This document shows positions 12,178-23,540 of a DNA stretch of 64,000 nucleotides, in pieces. This DNA is from Camelus ferus. Lineage: Eukaryota. The position numbers and the translations under genes are program-made. The stretch covers positions 12,772,001 to 12,836,000 of the forward strand of contig NC_045713.1 of NCBI RefSeq assembly GCF_009834535.1. Reading direction: 5' to 3'. The notes under the pieces were generated by a model, which was not told where the DNA came from, searched no databases, and saw only the letters and a program-made list of their open reading frames with translations. Numbering within the stretch: position 1 is the first letter of the stretch; each line of letters starts with the position of its first letter.

Positions 12178-12377
12178 CTTTACAGAAAAGACCATCCCCA
12201 ACGTCATCATATCGCACCGCTACAAAGCACAAGACACACCAGCTCGGAAGACGTTTGAGCAGGCTCTGACCGGGGCGTTCATGTCTGCTGTCATCAAGGA
12301 TCTCCGGCCCAGCGCCCTGCCCTTTGTGGCCAGCCTGATTCGCCACTACACGATGGTGGCGGTGGCCCAGCAGTGCG
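12178..12377 (+). CDS. TRRAP: TRRAP exon (NFTEKTIP...VAQQCG)
   Basis: tttcag|C acceptor, GCG|gtgagt donor; 200 nt, phase 2/1. Confidence 0.96.
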
Positions 12378-13716
12378 GTGAGTGGGCAGGGGACGCGGTG
12401 CTGTGAGTTCTTCAGGGCATGTCAGAGGTTCGGTGGGACGTTGTGTTTCAGAGAAGCTGAGTTTGGCTGACCTGCTTTTCGCTTACGTTCCGTAGTTTTC
12501 CACTTATTCCATGACAGAGATAGTTGGTGTTTCAGCACTGGGTGCTGTAGCAGCTTGTAAACTGTTACCAAGGTTCATCTATAAAGTACGCCCGGTTTAA
12601 TATTTCGTCCCTTTGGTTTTCGTGAGACACGGGGGCTGAGTACTTTTGGACCCTCTGCGTGTAGGACGGGGACAGTTTGTGTCACACTCAGTGCTGGTGC
12701 CCTCTCCATGGCGAGGTTCCCCAGACCCTCTCGCCCCACCCAGCCCCATCACCTGCTCGCCGCCCCTCAGCCGGCTCCCCCGTCTCCCGGGCTGTGCTTC
12801 CTCTGCTCCTGGCACGGTCCTCCATGCCCTTCCCCTGCCTGGGAGCTCCTCACCTCTGCTTCAGGGCTTCTCGGGCCCTGGGTGGTGAAGGACCAATGTT
12901 TTTGTCTCTGTTTTTATTTCTAATTCATTACCAACTGGTAATTTTGGAAAAGACGATAAAAATGTCACCGCACTGCCAACAGCTGTCTAAGGTTCTGAGC
13001 ACTTAATCTCAGTTTTGCAGCTCCTCCCAGACCAGTGCCAGGCAGTGGGCTCGCACGCCTGCACGACACTTGTGTCCTTAGAGCCCCTCCCCTGGATCGA
13101 CAGGCAGCTTTCTCCAAATGCTGCAGAGCACTGGCCGCTTTTAACTCTTCCTGGCCCTAGCAGCCAGCGCCATACAGTTTAACACGTGGTTGTTTCTCAG
13201 TGTTCCCGGCAGACCTGTAAGCTTCTTGGTGATGTCCTCGTGCCGGGTGCCTGCTGGGCAAGAGTTCGTCGTCGCCAGTGGATCGCTCTGTACGTGCGAC
13301 GCCGTAGCCGGAGGCTGTTGCTTTTTATTGTCCCTTGTCTTTCAGGAGCGTCCAGAGCATCACCTGTCGTCATTCCCGTGTTGTGCCCCCTGACCTCGTC
13401 AGCGCCTTTTTAGAGGACACCACATTTTAAACTACTGTGGTTCTCATTTTAAACTAGTCCATCTCTGAAATGTGATTAAGAAAATCTTAAAATAATACAA
13501 TGTGTCACGGAAAACATTCTGAAAAATAGCCTGTGTGCACGTCAGGCCGCTTAGTTTACAGGTAGTTGTAGTTTAGCAGAAGTTGGTCTCAAGTACCAGG
13601 GCTTTTTACTAAATTCCTAACCTCAAGGGCAAAACAAGGTGGTTGTCCGTGTGAGGGGCAGGAATGTCCGTGTCGCTGAACCCGACCTCCTCACATGCCC
13701 TTGCCTGTCCTCGCAG

Positions 13717-13934
13717 GTCCCTTCTTGCTCCCGTGCTACCAGGTGGGCAGCCAGCCCAGCACCGCCATGTTTCACAGTGAAGAAAACGGGTCAAAAGGAA
13801 TGGACCCCCTGGTTCTCATTGACGCCATAGCCATTTGTATGGCGTACGAGGAAAAGGAACTTTGCAAGATTGGGGAGGTGGCCCTGGCTGTCATATTTGA
13901 CGTTGCGAGTATCATCCTGGGCTCAAAGGAGCGG
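13717..13934 (+). CDS. TRRAP: TRRAP exon (GPFLLPCY...LGSKER)
   Basis: tcgcag|GT acceptor, CGG|gtaagg donor; 218 nt. Confidence 0.96.
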
Positions 13935-14036
13935 GTAAGGAGGGACTGACGGTCTGTTCTGGGGGTGTCTTCTGGTAGGCAGTTGTCGTGGGAGCGGCCC
14001 GCACTCATGCCGCATGGTGGGCGCGTGTCTCCCCAG

Positions 14037-14234
14037 GCCTGCCAGCTGCCCCTCTTCTCCTACATCGTGGAGCGCCTGTGCGCCTGCTGCTACGAGCAGG
14101 CCTGGTACGCAAAGCTGGGGGGCGTGGTGTCCATTAAGTTCCTCATGGAGCGGCTGCCTCTCACATGGGTCCTGCAGAACCAGCAGACGTTCCTCAAAGC
14201 GCTTCTCTTTGTCATGATGGACCTGACTGGAGAG
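14037..14234 (+). CDS. TRRAP: TRRAP exon (ACQLPLFS...MDLTGE)
   Basis: ccccag|GCC acceptor, GAG|gtaggt donor; 198 nt. Confidence 0.96.
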
Positions 14235-14837
14235 GTAGGTGGCGGGTGGCCGCAGACCTGACCTGCTGCTTCAGGAAGCGGATCTGCCTGGAGAACAGCT
14301 GAGACAGTTCCACACATATGCTCTCCTAGAAGCTTAGATTTCATTACAGTGTCTTTAATAAAAGGACAGACCAGAGCCCTCAGGCTTTCGTCCTCTGGGT
14401 ATCTAAATACCTGTCTGTCTTGATGAAGAGCAGCCACAGGCCAGAGTACGTGACACTGTACGTCCGTGAAGGGGAATGCCCCGCAGCCTGGCCGAGGGTC
14501 GGGTGGTGCACGTGCTGCAGGAGCGTCTGTGGGCCTTGTGCTCCTCATGAGCATGTGACACAGACAGACAGAAGATGGCGGGGAGTGCTTCCATCTGTGT
14601 GGTAGACACAAGGGTCAGCTCTGGACCCACGCTTTCTTTCCTACATGACAAACAGAGATTACCCACAAGCAGGCGATCAGCTACTGAAGTACCGCCTCGA
14701 CAATGGGAAGCACTCTTGTTAAATTAGCGGAGGGGCGTGGACCCGCGGTGACAGTGTCTGTGGCAGACAGGTGTGCAGGAGGCATGGGTGCTGTGGCAGC
14801 ATCACGCCTTACGTGCTAAGGAGTCCCCGGCCCACAG

Positions 14838-15098
14838 GTTTCCAACGGGGCGGTTGCCATGGCCAAGACCACCCTGGAGCAGCTTCTGATGAGGTGTGCA
14901 ACACCCCTGAAGGACGAGGAGAGAGCCGAGGAGATCGTGGCGGCCCAGGAGAAGTCCTTCCACCACGTGACCCATGACCTGGTTCGAGAAGTCACTTCTC
15001 CAAACTCCACTGTGAGAAAACAGGCTATGCATTCACTGCAGGTACTGGCCCAGGTCACCGGGAAAAGCGTCACAGTGATAATGGAACCCCACAAAGAG
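14838..15098 (+). CDS. TRRAP: TRRAP exon (VSNGAVAM...MEPHKE)
   Basis: ccacag|GTT acceptor, GAG|gtgaga donor; 261 nt. Confidence 0.96.
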
Positions 15099-15605
15099 GT
15101 GAGATTTCCAGTACTGGCACTAGGGTAACTTGAGCAAAACTTTTTGAGACTTTTTTTTCCCTTTAAATTTGGGTTGTCAATGACATGGAATTTATAATTT
15201 TGTGTCCAGTAAACAAAGTGCTATTGCACTTGGTCTTTTTGACCTTGATATGCAAATGGCAGTGTGCTCACCTTAACGTCTCTCAGTAGTTGTCAGTGTC
15301 GGGAGAGTAGAAGGCTGGCGTCCTGGGTCTGCAGGGCACGACCTGCTAGTCTTGTTCTTGCTTTGGGGTTTGTTTTAAGACGGGTGGCTGCACCCGTAGG
15401 AATGAAATGTATCCGATGTATCCACCCGTGACCCAGTGCCAGCACGTGAAACACGTCCTCCTGCCCTAACTAGAGGTCATCTGTAATAACCTTTGACCCC
15501 CGCTTAGGGTTTTCCAGTTGGTAATTGGTGTAGAATATAGTAATGAGAGCTGTTTGCTTTTGAAGGGGCAGCTGGTCAGTGGTGCTTCCTCCCTGCCTCC
15601 CCCAG

Positions 15606-15767
15606 GTCCTCCAGGACATGGTCCCACCTAAGAAGCACTTGCTCCGGCACCAGCCCGCCAATGCTCAGATTGGCCTGATGGAGGGAAACACGTTCTGCAC
15701 CACCCTGCAGCCCCGGCTCTTCACAATGGACCTGAACGTGGTGGAGCACAAGGTGTTCTACACAGAG
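15606..15767 (+). CDS. TRRAP: TRRAP exon (VLQDMVPP...KVFYTE)
   Basis: ccccag|GTC acceptor, GAG|gtaggg donor; 162 nt. Confidence 0.96.
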
Positions 15768-16093
15768 GTAGGGGGTGGAGGTGCGGCATGGTGTGGGTGG
15801 TGGTGACGTGCATCTGGTAAGCTGTCTCTGTGCATGGAGACTGGTCAGGCAGCATTCAGAGGAGGCCCGGGCCATGACCCCAGGTGACCAGCCACAGCCT
15901 GGCTCAGCCCTCAGCCCAGGTACGTCACATCTGGGACTGGGGAGAAGGCAGGCATGGTGACTGGAGATGTCAGTAAAACGTGGGTGTTTTCTGAGTCCTG
16001 TGAACTCCGTTAGCCCTCCGCAGGGAGCCTTGCACTTTAGGACCTTAGAGTTGTATTCCAGAGATAAGACCGTTACCGTCTACTTCATTTTAT

Positions 16094-16222
16094 AAATTTT
16101 TTTAATTGAGGGGAGGTTATTAGGTTGATTTATTTTATTTTTTAATGGAGGTACTGGGGATAAAACCCAGGACCTCATACATGCTAGGCATGCCCTCTAC
16201 CACTGGGCTATACCCTCCCTCC
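16094..16222 (-). mobile_element. tRNA-Ala-derived SINE (Vic-1 type)
   Basis: Reverse complement GGGAGGGTATAGCCCAGTGGTAGAGGGCATGCCTAGCATGTATGAGGTCCTGGG...CCCCAGTACCTCCATTAAA plus A-rich tail. Confidence 0.88.
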
Positions 16223-18142
16223 CATACCATCTACTTCAGTCACTCTCGTATCTGCTGGCGCCCAGAGTAAGACTGCACAGAGCAAGTGGCAGATTATTGA
16301 ATCTCTCAGTCACCTACACACACCATGCACTGAGAACTAACTTCACGTGAAGGCCCTTCCCCAGCTCTGGCAGCACCCCACGAAGCGTGCGCACTGAATG
16401 TTCTTATTCTGAAGGTGCAGAAACTGGGCCTAGGCTTGTTGCGCACCTGAAGTCGCAGAGCAGGGCAGCTACAGGGCTGAGGCTGGAGCCACAGCTGTTG
16501 TTTCAGAGCCAGGTTCCCGGTCACTGCACTGCCCTGCTGGGGTCTCGTTGTGTTTAGTGGACTTGACTTGCCCCTTGACCCAGGATGACGGGCAGTGGCA
16601 GGGGGCACCTCACAAGTATTTGTCACAAAAACATTACAGTGTGGGGCGATACTAGACAGTGATAAGTAGAAACTAAATATAGATACAGTCAAATTACAAG
16701 CATTAATTCTCAGAATCAATAATGGTCTGGTGATCCGTGCCAATTTGGAATTTTTACAAGACATGAAACATACTTCTGGAGGCCTTGTCAGAGTAAACTG
16801 AGGCCGACGTCATAGGAAGCAGATTCTTCCTTATCCACACTAAGTCTGAATTTCCAATTATGAAAAATTTACCTCTTGATTTTTTTTTTAAGTCATGTGT
16901 TTTTGCTTGAACGTAAGGTCATCTGATGACGTGTTCTGGCTTTAACGTCGCGTACCTCATTGTATCCTTTGTGTGAGAGCCGTTGCTCATGAGGCCTGGG
17001 CGGGGGCACTGCCCTTGGGTGCCGTCCAGGCAGACGTGTCTAACCTGTGTGGAAAACTCCACGTGGAATTTAAGACCAGAACCTGGTTGTGTCAAGTGAT
17101 AAAATCTTGGGGAATTAAACTGGTTTTGAAAGTGTTTGTCAGGGCACCAGCTGCAGCAGAACATGTGAGGATCTTTTGGGGAAATAGAAACTCTTGAGAT
17201 TTAGGGTCAGTAGATTTGGGGTCGGACCCGAGACTTCTGCTGCCTAAAAACTTCCCAAGTGATTCTGGTGTGTGGCCACATTTGGAAGTCTGGCTGTCTG
17301 CTTAATGACCCGACATTCACCCCCTCTCTAGACGTAGACGTCTTGTCTGCAGCACGTGTGTACACAAACACGTTTCTCCACAAGGAGAGTGTTGTTGAAG
17401 GGCATGCAGTGACATGGTTTCCTCTGGGCCGTGGGACAGGGTGGGCAGCCTGAAGCGCTTTTCCTATATGTCCTTTTCTGCGGTTTTAAGTCTTTCACTA
17501 GGTAGGAATCGTTAAGGGAAAAAAGGGTAAAATTCTATACTGTTTTTCCAGGATGTCAGTAGAAGGGGGACGTAGTAATAGAATACCATATATGATATTT
17601 TAGATATTAGATTACAAAAAATGCGTATCGGCCTGGTTAAGTGTCTGGAAGGAGACCCACTGGAATGTCTGAGTGACGTTATTCTGGAGCCTTTCCTTCC
17701 TTCTTACGCTTTAAAAAGACAAAGTGTTGCTGCTCAGACACTTGAATTCCAGCACATGTGTTTCTTGAGCACTGGCCCAAGGCATTGGGGAGCGGCTCTG
17801 AATAGGGAGGAGTTGTATCTGCCATCGTGGAATTTGCACTTAGATAAAGTGATCGTCTGTTAAAATAAAAACATTAAACAAAAACATTAAAATAAAAACA
17901 TGGTATCAGAGCGGGTGAGAAAATATCAAAGAATTTATTTCACTAATGAGCTTGACTGAGTTTTGCTTTAGAATAAGGAAGCTCAGTCACACTTTGATAC
18001 TTAAATGCTTTAGGATTTGAGTATAGTTTGTCAGTTGTTAATTGTGTCATGTGGATGGCAGATTGTTGTGTTCTGTTATTTGCAAGATGATTCTGTCTTC
18101 ACAGTAAGAGCAGGCTAAATTAAGTTGTTCTGTCTTTCACAG

Positions 18143-18239
18143 CTCTTGAATTTGTGCGAGGCTGAAGATTCAGCTTTGACAAAGCTGCCCTGTTATAAAA
18201 GCCTTCCGTCTCTTGTACCTTTACGAATTGCAGCGTTAA
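18143..18239 (+). CDS. TRRAP: TRRAP exon (LLNLCEAEDS...RIAALN)
   Basis: ttcacag|CTC acceptor, TAA|gtaagt donor; 97 nt, phase 0/1. Not in the ORF track. Confidence 0.95.
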
Positions 18240-18293
18240 GTAAGTTCATATAAATCTGGGACAAGTTACTGGGTACAGAAGCGAAGGAGGCAG

Positions 18294-18383
18294 GTGGGGG
18301 TTACAGCTCAGTGGTAGAGAGCATACTTAGCATACACGAGGTCCTGGGTTCAATCCCCAGTACCTCCGTTAAGGGGGAAAAAA
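18294..18383 (+). mobile_element. tRNA-Ala-derived SINE (Vic-1 type)
   Basis: GGGGGTTACAGCTCAGTGGTAGAG...TTAGCAT...GGTCCTGGGTTCAATCCCCAGTACCTCC; degenerate TSD aagcgaaggag / aagtgaaggga. Confidence 0.88.
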
Positions 18384-19687
18384 GTGAAGGGAGACAGTGG
18401 CCTTTTTTTGTTGTCTATAACTTTTTTGACTTTTTATGGTCTTTTTAAAGCGAAATAAAATTTTGTTTTTATCAAACTACATAATGGGACGTCAATGGAT
18501 TATATAGATTGCTGAGATTTAAATTATTTTTTTACTATCTAATAAACTAGATGTTGCCCTATAGTAATCCTCTTTACCCTGTGGCTCTTTTTCAAGAACT
18601 GTGTATGTCTCTGAAGTATGTGCATCTCCAGTATTCTGCTCTAAGAGAGTTGTCATACCATTCACATCTTTCCATTTTCATCTGACTCAGTATTTAGATC
18701 TTTTTAGACTTCTTAATGATTCAGAAGCATTTGAGAATCCTGCTGCCTCTCAGTTTTCATTAAGAATGTCAATTATCGTTGTTCAGCACAGGAATTGTAC
18801 ATTATTTAGGAGAATATACTAGATCAGTGCTCACCCTCTTACTTAGAAACAGTCATTTCCCCTTGTTTGGTAAATAAAAACCCAGTGCAAGTTGTTCGGT
18901 TGACTTTGTCTCTTGTTGGTTTTTATACACTTAATAAAATATTGTCAGAATCCTTGGATGAGAGGTGGAGGAGCTGAGGGGCAGACCACAGTCCTCGAGC
19001 TGGAGAAGGGGCTGGGGTGTGCAGACGCAGCGAGCCGGGGTGAGGGAGGGATGTCCCGCAGATCCCGGTGGGGCTCCTCTCCTCGGGGGCCTCGTGCCTT
19101 CCTGTCAGCCCACACGGGCAGTGCTCTTGCTGGAATGTTATTCCAGAACCAACATTTGACATACAGGCCTGAGGCGTGTCCTCTTGCCTAAGAATATTTG
19201 CATTTTCAAAGCTTTTAACCCCCCAAGTTGGGAGGAGACCCCCGATTAGACGCAGGCAGTGGAGAGATGCCGGGCTGCGTTCCCTCCTTCCCAGAGGCTG
19301 AGGCCGCGCCTTCTGTGTTAACTCCGCCTACGTCTGCTCACAGGTCAGCCCTGCGCTCACCTGTGAGGACGTCCCTGGGCAGGGGGGTCATGAGGACCCC
19401 CTTCCACCCTGCTGCCCCTCGCGCCCCTCTTCATCCCACCTGGTCAGTATGGTTGATCGTGGCTTCCGGGCAGGCTATTGCTGCCTTGGGTGAGAGTGTT
19501 CATTCGTAGGTAAAAATTACGAGCCTCTACGTAGAAGACAGCGCATCTTTTGTCTTTCTTGAGGCCAGATCCTAGGAAAGAAGTGCAGCGACTCGTGTGT
19601 GTTGGTTGGTAAGAGACTTTAGACAGGGAAGATGTTCCTGTGTCTTTCAGGTTAATAACGAAAATGTATTGATTTCTCTCCCTAAAG

Positions 19688-19809
19688 ATGCGCTTGCTGC
19701 CTGCAATTATCTCCCTCAGTCCAGAGAGAAGATCATTGCTGCTCTCTTCAAAGCCCTTAATTCAACCAACAGTGAGCTTCAGGAGGCCGGAGAAGCCTGT
19801 ATGAGAAAG
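19688..19809 (+). CDS. TRRAP: TRRAP exon (NALAACNY...EACMRK)
   Basis: cctaaag|AT acceptor (A+AT = Asn), AAG|gtgagc donor; 122 nt. Confidence 0.94.
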
Positions 19810-20113
19810 GTGAGCTGGGACGGGTGGGTGTGAGTCCCGCCTTGAGTTCTTCCTGTTTACCTTGTCCATCTGCCTGGAAGTCTGTCCGTGGTCAGTGTAC
19901 CCTGGATTGTAACAGCGTCTCTACCTGTTTCATTGACGGAGCCCTCTAAAAATTAAACAGTAGTGACTAGTCTTCCTCATTTCATCATAAACTTCTGTAC
20001 TATATGGTTGATATTCTGTTTTCCCAAGGAAGGCAAAAACTTGCTGCTAATGTTAAAAAGAAGTTCTGTTCTGTTATGAAGCGTCTTCTGTGATCTGTTT
20101 CCCTTGTGAACAG

Positions 20114-20284
20114 TTTTTAGAAGGCGCTACCATAGAAGTAGATCAGATCCACACGCACATGCGGCCCCTGCTGATGATGCTGGGGGACTACCGGAGCTTG
20201 ACGCTGAACGTCGTGCACCGCCTGACCTCGGTGACCAGGCTCTTCCCGAACTCCTTCAACGACAAGTTCTGTGATCAGATGATG
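20114..20284 (+). CDS. TRRAP: TRRAP exon (FLEGATIE...FCDQMM)
   Basis: aacag|TTT acceptor, ATG|gtgagc donor; 171 nt. Confidence 0.96.
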
Positions 20285-20329
20285 GTGAGCCGGCTGCGTG
20301 TGACGTATTCTGTGAGGAAGCTGAAAAGT

Positions 20330-20790
20330 TAAATTATGTTTTAAAATGAGTAACACATTTACACAGTTTAAAACTCAAAAGGTGTAAAAGGAGATGTTGT
20401 GAGAATTACCAACCCCTCCGTCCCCGTCCTTTCCCAGGACATGGCCAGAGTTAAGTCCTCCGGCCCCCTAGTCCCTCTGCCAGGGCACGTCCAGACCTGA
20501 GACTCCCGGGCTCCTTCTGGGGGCGTCTTGCATCAAGTGGGGTGTGTGTCTGTTCTTTCAGTTCCCGCAGAGGGAAGTGTCAGAGACACCTGCTTCTTAC
20601 TTCTTCCACTTACCCTCCCATCACTTCACATCAGCCTGTAAAGTGCTTCTTCATTCTGTTTTCTGGCTACATAATTCTTCAGTGTGTGGTCCTGCTGTAA
20701 TTTACTGAGCCGTTCCTCACTGACGAGCACCTGGATTGTTCCCAGTCTTTGGCTGTTATAGACAGTGCTACAGTGAAAAAGTTGTAAGGG
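20330..20790 (-). mobile_element. Old L1M 3' fragment
   Basis: Antisense L1 3' words (ttcctcactgacgagcacctggattgttcccagtctttggctgttata...gctacagtgaa). Confidence 0.5.
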
Positions 20791-22799
20791 CTTCAGCAGT
20801 CCTTTGTTCTTTTACAATTACCAAGGGAATAAGGGAACAATAAAAGATCAGTTTGACAGTGTTAAACTTGAAGTGTACATAGATGGAGGGTTTCAGCTGT
20901 TTATTTTATATTCTATAAATAAGCATTGGTAATTTACTAACTTACAGTTTCTGCAAATATGCGTTTTTTATGCAGCTTTTTGCCTCACACGCTGGTTTCT
21001 TCGTACCACAGACACCCAAAAGATGAACCCAGTAGTATTATGACTGGTCCTAAATCTCTTTAAGTGATGCTCTAACAGTAGAGTGTGGATGAGAAACAAT
21101 ATATATACATAAGTGAATATTCCAAATTGAAGGGCTATTTCCCTTTAAGCTTCCGTGTGTAATACACATACATGCCAACAGTTTACATGCATACGCAGAT
21201 GCATAAGCGTGGTTAAAGTAAATGAAGTTACATCACTTCCTAATCAGAGCACATCAGACGCATGCTGTATCTTATCTCTTATCAGTACTTTCCTGCATGA
21301 CACCTGTGCATCTCCTTTTACTCCTAGTCTTTTTCCTTCTGTTGGCTGTCGTTTCTTGCTGCCTTTGCATGCCTGCCTGAAGCAACTTTCTCTGTCTTTT
21401 TGTGGGGTTTTTTTTTGTGTGTGTTTCTCTACTCCTCTCTAACCCTTCAGATCTGCTGTGAGCTGGAAATTCATTCCCAGTGTTGTCCAAACTTTTTTGG
21501 ACAGTGTGAGCAGAACTGCCTCAGTCTATAGTTTCTGGCTAAGGCCAAGAGTCTTTTTCCCTAAAATAAAGTACCTGTGTTTTGTGTTTCTGATTTGTTC
21601 AGGGTATTTTTTTTTTCCTCCCCCTCCTCTGGCATTATAGCCACGTTGTGAGTGGTTTCACTCCTCTGAAAGCAGAGGGTGTTGCTGGACTTGGGTAGGG
21701 AATGACTGAAGCTGCCATGTATTCGGCCTTCTCATCTGAGTCCTGCTGGGACCCATCAACGTCCAATAGTACTTTTGCATCTGTGGCGGTGGTCTTCCCG
21801 GCATACCCCCCGTGCCTGCCGCTGGCTCTGCCAGGTTTGTCCTTTCTGACTCATTCTTCAGAACTGTGCTCAGTCACTGAGCCTTTGCTTTCCCTCATAT
21901 GATATGCTTTTGGATGAACAGCCCAAGTCTTCAGCATAATTTTAAGAGATAGGACACCTTACTGTGTAGGGTGGGTGTGCATAAAAGCAACCCTGAGCAT
22001 TGTTTTTTCTTAACAAGTTCAACTGCTTGACATTGGATCTTGAAGTCTCTCATGTGGCTAGTTGTTTGGGATATCTCCTTACTGAGCTAAAAGTGAGTTT
22101 TATAGACCAGTTAGCATTCCTGTTTTCCTTCTGGGGACTCTGAAAGCAGCTGGCTGTTACCTGCACCTATAAATTTGTTACTCTCGTATCTTTGGTATAA
22201 AAGCTATTCCCTTAAGATAGAGGTTTTGTGAATATCCATTCTGGTGGTATCTTTTGAGGAATTTTACTGGCAAAACATGGTTAGCTTAATGTATTTAGTC
22301 TCTTTCAAGAAATGTGTATTGTCTTAGTTCCTCATAGTGTGTTCCTTGGAACACTGGCCCTGCAAGATGTAGGGTTTCTGTGAAAGACAGTTCATTAACT
22401 AACTGTTCCTGTCTTGAAGTTTTACAGGGTCTGTAGACACTGAAGTCTCAGAGAAAGGTGTCTGGATGTGTTTAAACCATCTGTCCCTCAGCCTGTTTGA
22501 CCATGGAGTCCTTTTTAAAGTAGCTTGTTAACTTCCCGCAGGGCAGCATTTTGAAGGGCAGGCTCAGACAGTGGAGGATGATGAAGATAGTTCTGTTATT
22601 TGGGTGCCCCTGTTGTGGTTTTAGCTTAGGCTCCGAGTGCTTGTCACCAGGTTTTGCTGGATACCCTGGACAGGAGCCTGGCTGCCCCGTGCCCGGCTCA
22701 GGCCCAAGCTACTCTGGGCTCAGGGGTCTCTCCTGTGTGCCTGCTGCACAGCGGTCTTCTCACAGGACGTCTGCCCCCATTCTGCACAGAAGGGCATTG

Positions 22800-23190
22800 C
22801 CACCTGTCCGTGCCGCAGGAGCCGTGCTCATCTCAGCAGCCCAACTCCCGGGGTGCCCTTGGGCGCCCCAGTCCTTAGCTGCAGTGGCCACCTTTCTGGT
22901 GTCCCTCCTTTTCTCTGCCTGGAGCACTCTGCCCTGGTGCTTCTGGCCCATCGGCCTCAGCAGGGCCCTCCCTGACCTCCTCGCTCCTCCTCTAAAGCCA
23001 GATCCTGTTACTCTTCCCCATCCTTAGCATAGATGTCCTTCCCCACAGGAGGCATCTGTGTCCCCTTGTTTCCCCCGCTGGAGCCTGAGCGCCCCGAGGA
23101 CGGGGGCAATGTCGGCTTGTTCACTTCTCTGCCCTGACACCGAGCGTGGTGCCAGCTCAGGGCAGCACTCGGAATAGCTGTGACGAAGCA
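22800..23190 (+). mobile_element. L2 3' fragment
   Basis: L2-like 3' end (ctggagcctgagcgccccgaggacggggg...gtcggcttgttcac...gtgccagctcagggcagcactcggaatagctg). Confidence 0.5.
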
Positions 23191-23471
23191 GCATTAGGAA
23201 AAGTCCCTGTATTGGAGTGGCCAGGTTTCAGGACTTTGCTGTATCAGGGAAAATTCAGCTTTTCTGTTTATAGAGCATAAACAGATACCGATTATTCTCA
23301 TCACTAGTTTGATGGCAGGGCTATTTCAATTAATAGAAACACTACCATCCTCACAATAAATAGAGTGGAAATGAATGATTACATATGAGTTTTCACCTAA
23401 GGACAGCATTTTGGAATTGAGGTGCTCCTGTTGTCAAGAAAAAATGTCTTAAGAATGTCTTTTCTCAACAG

Positions 23472-23540
23472 CAACATCTGCGCAAGTGGATGGAAGTGGT
23501 GGTCCTCACCCACAAAGGGGGCCAGAGGAGCGACGGAAAC
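23472..23540 (+). CDS. TRRAP: TRRAP exon (QHLRKWMEVVVLTHKGGQRSDGN)
   Basis: caacag|CAA acceptor, AAC|gtgagt donor; 69 nt. Not in the ORF track. Confidence 0.95.

Noticed and set aside
14090-14611. Minus-strand ORFs antisense to exons (also 5890-6096, 13772-14008, 52758-53048, 63203-63730)
   Set aside because: Expected shadows of high-GC3 coding exons; no independent gene structure.
18294-18367. Possible tRNA-Ala(AGC) genes (also 35318 and 57189)
   Set aside because: Acceptor and/or anticodon stems have several mismatches, and all copies carry A-rich tails and degenerate TSDs, so they are SINEs.
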